From NCBI RefSeq assembly GCF_008065095.1, contig NZ_CP042911.1, positions 2,520,001-2,552,000 on the forward strand: a stretch of DNA of 32,000 nucleotides, read 5' to 3'. Below the pieces are notes generated by a model that saw only the letters and a program-made list of their open reading frames with translations, was not told the origin of the DNA and searched no databases. Below are positions 7,381 to 14,937 of this stretch, piece after piece; within the stretch, counting starts at the first letter, position 1, and each line of letters starts with the position of its first letter. Source of the DNA: Gemmata obscuriglobus. Its GTDB lineage: Bacteria > Planctomycetota > Planctomycetia > Gemmatales > Gemmataceae. The position numbers and the translations under genes were made by a program.

Positions 7381-8787
7381 CTAAAGAACCTTCTCGATCA
7401 GCTCGCCGTGAACATCGGTGAGCCGCATGTCACGGCCTCCGAACCGGTACGTCAGCTTCTTGTGATCGAATCCGAGCAGGTGCAGCGCGGTGGCGTGCAG
7501 GTCGTGGACCTGCACCTTGTCCTGAACCGCGTGGTAGCCGAAATCGTCCGTCGCGCCGACCACCGTTCCGCCCTTCGTACCGCCGCCGGCCATCCACATC
7601 GAGAACCCGAACGGGTTGTGGTCCCGACCGTCGGTCCCTTGCGCCATCGGGGTGCGCCCGAACTCGCCGCCCCAGATCACCAGGGTCTCGTTTAGCAGGC
7701 CCAACCGCTTCAGATCGGTCAACAACCCGGCGATGGGCTTGTCCACCGCTCGGGCGTTATCCTCGTGGCCCTTTTTGAGGTTCGCGTGCTGGTCCCAGCG
7801 GTCGTGCCCCAGGTTCTGACACAGCAACTCGACGAATCGCACGCCGCGCTGAACGAGCCGTCGGGCGAGGAGGCACTGCCGGCCGAACACTTCGGTCTTC
7901 TTGTCGTCAATGCCGTACAGCTTTTGCGTTTCTGTCGTTTCCTTCGAGAGGTCTGTAAGTTCGGGTACGGCCGTCTGCATCCGGAATGCGAGTTCGTAGT
8001 TAGCGATCGCCGCGTCGAGCGGGTCCGCGTCGCCGTACTTCTCTTTCGTCCCGGCGTCGAGCTTGCGGAGCAGGTCGCGCTTCGCCTTCTGTGTTTTCGC
8101 GCTCTCGGTCGGTGGGGCTATGTCCGCAACGGGCTGCGGGCCGTGTTTGAACACCGACCCCTGGTACGTTGCGGGCAAGAACCCGTTGCCGAAGCAGTCC
8201 GCGCCGCCCGGCGGGATCATACCGCTGCCCAGCACGACGAAACCCGGCAGGTCGCGGCACTCGCTGCCGAGCCCGTAGGTCGCCCAGGCGCCGAAACTCG
8301 GGCGCCCCTGGAGCCCGGAACCGCTGTGCCAGAAATAGTTGGCGTTGGTGTGTTCGGAGAAGTTCGCGACCATCGAGCGGATCACCGCGAGGTCGTCCGC
8401 GCACGCGCCGACGTGCGGGAACAGGTCGCTGACGGGTAGCCCGCTCTGGCCGTACTTCTTGAACTTCCACGGGCTGGCGAGCGTGTTGCCGACGTTGTTG
8501 AACTGGGTCGGCTCCGTCTTCCCGGGGAACGGCTTGCCGTGGTACTTCTCGAGCGCCGGCTTGGGGTCGAACGTGTCGATCTGGCTCGGCCCGCCGTCCA
8601 TGAACAGGAAGATCACCGACTTGGCCTTGGGGGCGAAGTGCGGCTTCTTGGGCGCCATCGGGTCGGCGCCCGGGGCGCGGGCGTCGGCCGCCCGCGTGTC
8701 ATCAGCAAGGAGGGCGGCCAGCGCCGCGGCACCGAACCCGTTGGCGGAGCGGAGCAGCAACTCGCGGCGCGAAAGTGGGACGTGCAT
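7381..8787 (-). CDS. DUF1501 domain protein (sulfatase/alkaline-phosphatase-like superfamily), Tat-type signal
   Basis: N-terminus MHVPLSRRELLLRSANGFGAAALAALLA. It has FLFMDGGPSQIDTFDPKP and C-terminal GGRDMRLTDVHGELIEKVL, which I recall as typical DUF1501 signatures. The ORF is 468 aa with high GC3. Confidence 0.9.
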   Translation of the reverse strand: MHVPLSRRELLLRSANGFGAAALAALLADDTRAADARAPGADPMAPKKPHFAPKAKSVIFLFMDGGPSQIDTFDPKPALEKYHGKPFPGKTEPTQFNNVGNTLASPWKFKKYGQSGLPVSDLFPHVGACADDLAVIRSMVANFSEHTNANYFWHSGSGLQGRPSFGAWATYGLGSECRDLPGFVVLGSGMIPPGGADCFGNGFLPATYQGSVFKHGPQPVADIAPPTESAKTQKAKRDLLRKLDAGTKEKYGDADPLDAAIANYELAFRMQTAVPELTDLSKETTETQKLYGIDDKKTEVFGRQCLLARRLVQRGVRFVELLCQNLGHDRWDQHANLKKGHEDNARAVDKPIAGLLTDLKRLGLLNETLVIWGGEFGRTPMAQGTDGRDHNPFGFSMWMAGGGTKGGTVVGATDDFGYHAVQDKVQVHDLHATALHLLGFDHKKLTYRFGGRDMRLTDVHGELIEKVL

Positions 8788-9087
8788 AGTGGAGGCGGGG
8801 TGGTTGATGGTGGGCGGCTCAGTGGCGGGAACGCCACTCTGGCGGGGCGAACGTGCGAGGCAGTAAACTCTGTTCGGGCAGCGCCCGGTACGGGTGTGGC
8901 GTCGTGGGCTGTTGCTTACATCCTAAACGCAGAGTGCCGAACGCCAAACAGCAAACTTGCGGTGCCAGCTTTGCGACTTCGTTGAAGACGTGACCATGAT
9001 GGCCAATTGAACGAGCCGCACCGGGCCGAACCGGTTGCGCCAGCGGTGGCAGTGCCGACAGCTTGGTCGAATGCAGGGGGAACCGAA

Positions 9088-9678
9088 ATGAGAGCGATCC
9101 TGTTTGTTGTGACCCTTTTCAGTGCGGTGGGGGCTTCGGCGGTCGGTTCGGATAAGCCGATCGCTCTCACCGGGCGCCGGGCGGCCGCTCGCGCCGCTCG
9201 GCAGGAGCATGTCGAACTCCTGCTCCGCCAGGCCCCGACTGGTGAGTGCGATTTCGTAGCCGCTGCGGCTGCCGTTCGGCGGCTGGCAGACGAAGCTGTG
9301 GCCGCGGGCGATCACGCAGCCGCGGTTCGCTGGCACGAGCAGTGGGTGGCGGCCGTCCGGAAATTCGACACCAAAGCGAATGCCGCACTCGCAATGGGGA
9401 CCGGAAGCGTCGGGCTTGTGGCCCATCGAGCCAAAGCGGCTCGAATCGAGGCGGAAGTCGATCTGATCCGGCGGCGGGGTGGCGGATCAGCGTCCCTGAT
9501 CGAACTGCTAAAAGAACGGGTGGCTCTGTGCGCCGAGTCCGAGAAGCTGGCCGCAAAGGTCATGGCAGTCAGCGGTCATGGACTGAAAGGCGATTATTTG
9601 GAAGCGAAGGTCGCCCGATTGGACGCGGAGGCCGAACTGGCGAGTGCTGAAGCGGACGCGAAGAAAGGTGGTAAGTGA
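9088..9678 (+). CDS. Hypothetical secreted Ala-rich helical protein (uncertain gene)
   Basis: Track ORF is 9007..9678. ATG 9088 is preceded by AGGGGGA and gives the signal-like MRAILFVVTLFSAVGASAVG. The C-terminal 60 aa look coiled-coil (LEAKVARLDAEAELASAEADAKK). Codon position 1 is G-rich (RNY-like), which supports this frame. However GC3 is only ~70% by hand count, lower than neighbouring genes. Confidence 0.45.
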   Translation: MRAILFVVTLFSAVGASAVGSDKPIALTGRRAAARAARQEHVELLLRQAPTGECDFVAAAAAVRRLADEAVAAGDHAAAVRWHEQWVAAVRKFDTKANAALAMGTGSVGLVAHRAKAARIEAEVDLIRRRGGGSASLIELLKERVALCAESEKLAAKVMAVSGHGLKGDYLEAKVARLDAEAELASAEADAKKGGK

Positions 9679-9995
9679 GCGCAGGCGCAGCACAACGTGC
9701 GTCACCGGGTTCGTTTGCCACCTTTCGCAGGGTGCTTGTATTGGCACCACGGATCGAATAGGGGAGGATGGTTCGGCGAGTCATCGCCACTCGCTTTAAA
9801 CGCCCCGTCGGGGGGGCGCCTGCAAGCCCGCTTCGGCTGCGAAACCGGGCGCGGGATCGAGTTCCTATTCACGGGCTTATGACCACGTTCGGAAGTGGTC
9901 GGGCGGTGAGGCCGGCAATTCGGAGAATTCGTGTGCCGCCACCCGCGGTGGGAGAAGTACTCCGGTAAATTGGTACTTCCGACCCGGGGGCGTCC

Positions 9996-12923
9996 ATGAG
10001 TTCCGACGCGAACCTGACCCACGTCGTTCGACTGCTTCCGTCCCCACACGGCGCTCACCACGGCGACCCGGAACTGCTGGACCGGTACGTTCGGGAACGT
10101 GACCAGGACGCATTCGCGATCCTGGTCCGCCGATATGGCCCGCTGGTGTTCGGAGTCGCGCGCCGGCAACTGGCCGATCGGCACCGGTGCGAGGACGTGT
10201 TCCAGGCCACGTTCCTGGCCCTGGCCCGATCCGCCGCAAGGCTCGGCGGGCGCCCGGCTTTGACCAACTGGCTCTACACGGTTGCTCTTCGACTGGCCCG
10301 AAAGGTCCGTGCGCAGGAATTCCGGTCTAACACGGCCGAGAATGCCGAACCCGCGGACGCAGCATTCGAACGCGACCCGCTTGCCGAGATTACGGGACGC
10401 GAGCTTGTGCGGGTGGTCGACGACGAACTCGCGCGACTCCCTGAGCGGTTGCGGTTACCGATACTGCTGTGCTGTGTGCAGGGACTGTCGCGGGAAGAAG
10501 CCGCCCAGCGCCTCGGGTGGTCGCCCGGGTCGGTGAAAGGGAGGCTCGAGCGCGGGCGCCAGAAGCTCGCGGTCCGGTTGGCGGCCCGAGGGCTGGCGCC
10601 GTCGGCGGTGCTGCTCGCCCCGCTCGCCGCGGTCACCGTCCCGGCTGATCTCCTCGCCCGAACTGTTGCATCGGCGTTGGCCCCGTGGGCGCGGTCCGCA
10701 TCGCCCGCGGTAGCTGCGCTGGCCGCAGCCGGTATGCGTCGGCTGCTCCCGCCTGCTGTTCTTGCGGCTTGTTTTGTGACAGCCGTGACGGCCGGTGTGT
10801 TCGCCCTGATGGAAGAACGGGCCGCTCAGCCCTTGCCGCCGGCCGGCCCCGTGAAAGTGCCGCCGAAGACGGTTCTGGTGCCCGACGATCCGCTCCCGAC
10901 CGGTGCGACAGGGCGGTTCGGCTCGACCCGGTTCCGCCACCCGACGGAAATTAGCGAGCTGTGCGTGTCCGCCGACGGCAAATTCGCGGTTGCCAGCAGC
11001 GACAGGTATCCCAACGGCGCACACCGGGCTTACGACCTGAACACCGGTCGCGCGCTGTTCACCCTCGAAGGCTGGAACGGCGACCGATTCTTTACGGCGG
11101 TGGCAGTGTCGCCTGATGGAAGAACGTTGGCAACGAACCAGAACGGCACCCTTCGGCTCCACGACGCGGCTACCGGCAAAGAAAAGACGCGCATCAACTA
11201 CGTGGTGCCGGCGCCGGGTGTCAAAACGCGAGACTTCACGTTCCGAACCTCCAAGTTGCTCGTGTTCGCGCCGGACTGCACGCATGTGCTGATTGCTGCG
11301 GGCGACGGGAACGCGCTAGTGTTGGTCGATCCGGTGAAGACTGCAGAATTCGAATCCGTTCAGGTATCTCACACGTTCCCCCACAACCAGCTCGTTCATG
11401 CGGCTGCGTTCTCGCCCGACGGTAAACGCATGGTCGGAGGTGGAGAGGAGCAGGATAAGGGCGTGTACTTCGCCCGGCTGTGGAACGCGGAGACGGGAAA
11501 AGAACAGCACCGGCTATGGTTCGGAAAGGGCAAGATTCGCTGCGTGGCGTTTTCCCCCGACGGGGCCACCGTGGCCGTCGGGGGCGACGGCGAAAATGGT
11601 AAGGTCACGGTGACACTCTTCGAGGCCGCCACCGGCAAAGAGCGGTTGCAGCTTCCGTTCCCGAATACTGCGCGCGTGCGATCGGTTGCCTTTTCGCTGG
11701 ACGGCAAGACACTGGCCGCGTCCGGTAGCTCCTATTCCCCGGGCTTCGATTCGTTCTCGGGTGATGGCACCACTCGACTCTTCGAGGTCGCCACCGGTAA
11801 GGAGGCGCTCACGATCGACCGGACGGCCATTGGGCTCCGATTCGCGCCGGACGGCGGGGTACTCGTCGGGGCCGTTGCGAACGCCATTTACCGCTGGGAC
11901 ACAACCACGGGTAAGGCCCTCACCCCCGAAGGCCCGAACAGTCAGATCGAGTCCATTGCCGTAGCGCCCGACGGCTCGCGGATCGTCGCCCGCGAACTCG
12001 CCGGCGCGGCCCACGTTTGGAACGCCCGGTCCGGTAAGTACGTGCCGCGCCTGAGCGTCGGTTGGGGCTCCAGATCGGCTGTGAGCCCAGACGGACACTT
12101 GCTCGTCTGGCTCGAAGCCGACAAGACCGCAACGTTCACCAAGCCTTCGCTTCCGGGGCGTACGCTCACCGGCAGCCGATTGCGAACATTTGACTTGACG
12201 GCCGGTGCGTTCGTTGAACGGTTCGACGGGATCAAAGGCGGGATCAGCCGCGTATGTTTCACGGCCGATAGCAAGGCACTCGTTACGTCCGGCAGTTGGG
12301 GCACAGGCACGCGGTTTTGGGACGTGGCGACCGGTAAACTGGTGCGATCGTTTCTCGCTGACGAGAAAGAGCAACCGCACGGCACTTCGTGCTCGGCCCT
12401 ATCACCGAACGGGAAGATATTCGCGGATGCCACCTACAGCAGTCATTCGAGCGCGTCTGCCGTTTACGCGGTTCGACTTTGGGACACCGAGACAGGAAAG
12501 AAGTTGCACGACCTGTCGGGTCACACGGATCGCATCGGAGCAGTCGCGTTCTCTCCCGACGGCAAGTACCTCGTCACCGGCGAACCGCCCTACCCGTTCA
12601 AGTGGGAGCGGAGACCGCGCGCCGGTCACGTGTTCGTGTGGGAGGTGGCGACGGGGCGGCGGGTCGCGTCGCTGCCGATCGAGATCACCGCGGTCGCGTT
12701 CGCACCGGACGGTAAGGCGCTGGCGGTCGCGGTGGCGGACGGCACGATCCAGTTGTGGGACGCGGGGACGTGGCAGTTGAGCGGCGAGTTCCCGGGGCCG
12801 CGCGAGTGGGTAACGGCCCTGACGTTCGGGCCGGACGGTCGGTTGTTCTCGGGGGCGACGGACGCCGAAATTCTGGCGTGGGACCTGCGGGCGGCGAAAC
12901 GTCCGTCCGCGGACCGGAAGTGA
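9996..12923 (+). CDS. ECF sigma factor fused to a transmembrane segment and C-terminal WD40 beta-propeller repeats
   Basis: Region 2 reads DAFAILVRRYGPLVFGVARRQL...EDVFQATFLALAR. Region 4 reads LRLPILLCCVQGLSREEAAQRLGWSPGSVKGRLERGRQKL. Hydrophobic helices include LLPPAVLAACFVTAVTAGVFALM. At least 8 WD-like units carry (V/A)AFSPDGK cores and ...LWD endings. The architecture matches the planctomycetal ECF class with TM+WD40 extensions reported for Gemmata. Confidence 0.9.
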   Translation: MSSDANLTHVVRLLPSPHGAHHGDPELLDRYVRERDQDAFAILVRRYGPLVFGVARRQLADRHRCEDVFQATFLALARSAARLGGRPALTNWLYTVALRLARKVRAQEFRSNTAENAEPADAAFERDPLAEITGRELVRVVDDELARLPERLRLPILLCCVQGLSREEAAQRLGWSPGSVKGRLERGRQKLAVRLAARGLAPSAVLLAPLAAVTVPADLLARTVASALAPWARSASPAVAALAAAGMRRLLPPAVLAACFVTAVTAGVFALMEERAAQPLPPAGPVKVPPKTVLVPDDPLPTGATGRFGSTRFRHPTEISELCVSADGKFAVASSDRYPNGAHRAYDLNTGRALFTLEGWNGDRFFTAVAVSPDGRTLATNQNGTLRLHDAATGKEKTRINYVVPAPGVKTRDFTFRTSKLLVFAPDCTHVLIAAGDGNALVLVDPVKTAEFESVQVSHTFPHNQLVHAAAFSPDGKRMVGGGEEQDKGVYFARLWNAETGKEQHRLWFGKGKIRCVAFSPDGATVAVGGDGENGKVTVTLFEAATGKERLQLPFPNTARVRSVAFSLDGKTLAASGSSYSPGFDSFSGDGTTRLFEVATGKEALTIDRTAIGLRFAPDGGVLVGAVANAIYRWDTTTGKALTPEGPNSQIESIAVAPDGSRIVARELAGAAHVWNARSGKYVPRLSVGWGSRSAVSPDGHLLVWLEADKTATFTKPSLPGRTLTGSRLRTFDLTAGAFVERFDGIKGGISRVCFTADSKALVTSGSWGTGTRFWDVATGKLVRSFLADEKEQPHGTSCSALSPNGKIFADATYSSHSSASAVYAVRLWDTETGKKLHDLSGHTDRIGAVAFSPDGKYLVTGEPPYPFKWERRPRAGHVFVWEVATGRRVASLPIEITAVAFAPDGKALAVAVADGTIQLWDAGTWQLSGEFPGPREWVTALTFGPDGRLFSGATDAEILAWDLRAAKRPSADRK

Positions 12924-12935
12924 TCCGACCGTTCG

Positions 12936-12979
12936 GGCGCAGCCGCCTGCGGATCGAAAGGCTGCGCCTTTCGATCCGC
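12936..12979. terminator. Hairpin(s) between convergent genes (ECF-WD40 and DUF1559 paralog)
   Basis: GCGGATCGAAAGG (12949-12961), loop ctgcg, CCTTTCGATCCGC (12967-12979) form a perfect 13-bp stem. An overlapping alternative pairs GGCGCAGCC (12936-12944) with GGCTGCGCC (12960-12968). The element sits in the 74-nt gap between stops 12923 and 12998. Confidence 0.6.
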
Positions 12980-12997
12980 GGTTTCGATCTGCCGGAC

Positions 12998-14731
12998 TCA
13001 CTTACCCTTGTCGATGTCGATCACCTCGCCGCCGTTGCGGGTGAACGCGGCCTTCAGCGTCTTCTCGTCGATGGTCGTGCTGATCGCACGCACCGAGCCG
13101 TCGCCCATGCCGACCTGGAACACCTTCTGGCCGCCCGGGGGCACGATCTTCGGCAGCGGCTTTTTCGGGTCGAACGGGAAGTCGTCCGGCTTGGCCCACG
13201 GTACCGAGTCCTCCGTCTCGATCAGCGCGATGGTGTTCGACAGGCCGTCGGTGAAGTGGGCGAACGTGAGCTTCATCTTGGCGGTCGGGTCGAACGCCGC
13301 GCCCGGGCCGCTGATCCCGCGGTAGTTGGTCGTCCCCCACTCAAGATTCGCCGGCAGCGTTGCGCTGGGCGACGTGAACACCCTGATGCGCACCTGCGAC
13401 CACTGCTTGTTGTTCGCACTGTCCCAGGGCTCGTCCAGCTTGAACTTGTTGTACAGGTTGTTTTGCTCGATGTACGGCAGGATCGCCACCCGCCAGCTCA
13501 GGATCGGCTTGCCGTTCTTGTCCACGATGTCCTGCGGCAGGTGCCCGTTGGCGTCGTGGTAGCTGTGGATCGCCAGCATGAGCTGTTTCAGGTTGTTCTG
13601 GCTCTGCGTGCGGGCGGCGGCGGTGCGCACCTTGCCCACCGCCGGTGCCACCGCTGCCGCGCCGAACGCCGACATGCCGCTCAGGGTGACGAGCACCTCT
13701 TTCGGGAGCGGCACCGCGACGGCCAGCTCCGCCTTATCGCGGGCGATCAGCTTCGGGTCGGTGAGCGTTTCGTCCAGCCGCTCGATGGCGCCCAGCGCGA
13801 ACACGGCGGCGAGCGCCTCCGGCAACTCTTCGGGGCCGCGCGGGGTCTTGATCTTCGGGTCGTAGAACTTCTCTTCGAGTTCCTTTTTGGTCTTCGCCAG
13901 CTCCTTGCGGCCCAGGTCCGCGAGCGCCTTGACGGCCTTTTCGGCTTCCCGCGCCGCGGCGTCGTCGGCGTACCCGGCCCGCACGTCGAACCGCGCGTCC
14001 TTGCCGAGGTCGACGGCCAGTGTCAGTTGCTTGGCCTTGAGGATCGGCAGGGCTTCGGGGGGCACGTCCTTGAAGGAGTCGGGCGGGATCGGCAGCGCGG
14101 AGAGGTCCGCGGACGCGACCACCGCCTTCGCGGGCGAGGCGGCCAGCTTGAGCGCGTGAGCCATCGGGCCGTCCTTCGCGGGGGCCTTGGCGAGGTACGC
14201 GTCCAGCGAGCCCTCGGACCCGATCACGATGTGCTTGTCGTCCGGGAAATAGAGATCGACCGGCATGTCGGGGCTGCGGTACACGGTCTTCCCGTTCACC
14301 TTCTCGGTGGTGTGGTTGGGCAGGTACGTCTTCAGCACCTTCGCCGGGTCGAACGCGGCGGAGAACGCCAGCACCCCGACCGCGTGCGGCCGCTTCTTGT
14401 CGTCGATCAGGACGAACGCGGTGCCGCGCGAGATCGTGGACGGGGCCGGGACGAACTGCCGGTCGAGTTCGGCCAGCGCTTTCGGCCCGGCCTTCTCCCA
14501 CGTTTTGCGGAACCCCTCCATCACCTCGTTCTTCCACAGATCCGCAAGCCGGACGTGGACGAAGCCGGTGGCGTCGGCGGGGACCAGTGCGAGGTCCGCA
14601 GGCAAGTCGGCCGCCGGTTGGGCGGCGCGCGCCGCCCCGGCCTCGGGCCGGACCTCAGGGTGTAGCAGCGCCACTGTTGCGGCCAGCGCCGCGACGACGG
14701 CGAACCCGCCGGCCCGGAGTGTGAATCGCAT
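12998..14731 (-). CDS. Atypical DUF1559 protein: Sec-type signal plus ~370-aa unknown N-terminal domain plus DUF1559 domain, no prepilin leader
   Basis: Signal is MRFTLRAGGFAVVAALAATVALL. DUF1559 core is VGKVRTAAARTQSQNNLKQLMLAIHSYHDANGHLPQ...ILSWRVAILPYIEQNNLYNKFKLDEPWDS...FTDGLSNTIALIE...GMGDGSVRAIS. There is no G-F-T-L-I-E-type methylation motif or hydrophobic pilin helix. Confidence 0.85.
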   Translation of the reverse strand: MRFTLRAGGFAVVAALAATVALLHPEVRPEAGAARAAQPAADLPADLALVPADATGFVHVRLADLWKNEVMEGFRKTWEKAGPKALAELDRQFVPAPSTISRGTAFVLIDDKKRPHAVGVLAFSAAFDPAKVLKTYLPNHTTEKVNGKTVYRSPDMPVDLYFPDDKHIVIGSEGSLDAYLAKAPAKDGPMAHALKLAASPAKAVVASADLSALPIPPDSFKDVPPEALPILKAKQLTLAVDLGKDARFDVRAGYADDAAAREAEKAVKALADLGRKELAKTKKELEEKFYDPKIKTPRGPEELPEALAAVFALGAIERLDETLTDPKLIARDKAELAVAVPLPKEVLVTLSGMSAFGAAAVAPAVGKVRTAAARTQSQNNLKQLMLAIHSYHDANGHLPQDIVDKNGKPILSWRVAILPYIEQNNLYNKFKLDEPWDSANNKQWSQVRIRVFTSPSATLPANLEWGTTNYRGISGPGAAFDPTAKMKLTFAHFTDGLSNTIALIETEDSVPWAKPDDFPFDPKKPLPKIVPPGGQKVFQVGMGDGSVRAISTTIDEKTLKAAFTRNGGEVIDIDKGK

Positions 14732-14825
14732 AGGAGGAACTCCTCGAGGAGAGCGTTCCGAGTTCCGGCGGGCCGGTCAGCACGCCGCCGGTGCTCAGCT
14801 TGGAACCCGAAATCTGGGACTTGAG

Positions 14826-14849
14826 ACGACCGCCCGAATGGGCGGTCGT
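14826..14849 (-). terminator. Hairpin downstream of the upstream DUF1559 paralog
   Basis: ACGACCGCCC (14826-14835), loop gaat, GGGCGGTCGT (14840-14849) form a perfect 10-bp stem. It lies in the 206-nt gap between the two paralogs and has no clear U tract. Confidence 0.4.
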
Positions 14850-14937
14850 GGTTGAGCCACGCGTTTTAATGAGCTGCGATCGTCGTGCCGGGGCGTGCCC
14901 CATTCACGGGCGGTCGGGGCTCGTCCCCGGCCGGCGC

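Noticed and set aside
7294-7695. Plus ORF of 133 aa starting in the palindromic repeat (MPFVLFCGQLSSVFVFGFPLCFFV...)
   Set aside because: The N-terminus is just a translation of the T-rich repeat arm. The rest is antisense of the DUF1501 gene.
8923-9426. Minus-strand ORF of 167 aa (MGHKPDASGPHCECGIRFGVEFPDG...)
   Set aside because: The second half is Arg/Ser/His-rich junk running through the plus-strand signal-peptide region. The composition fits antisense of an Ala-rich frame. It is kept only as an alternative in the findings.
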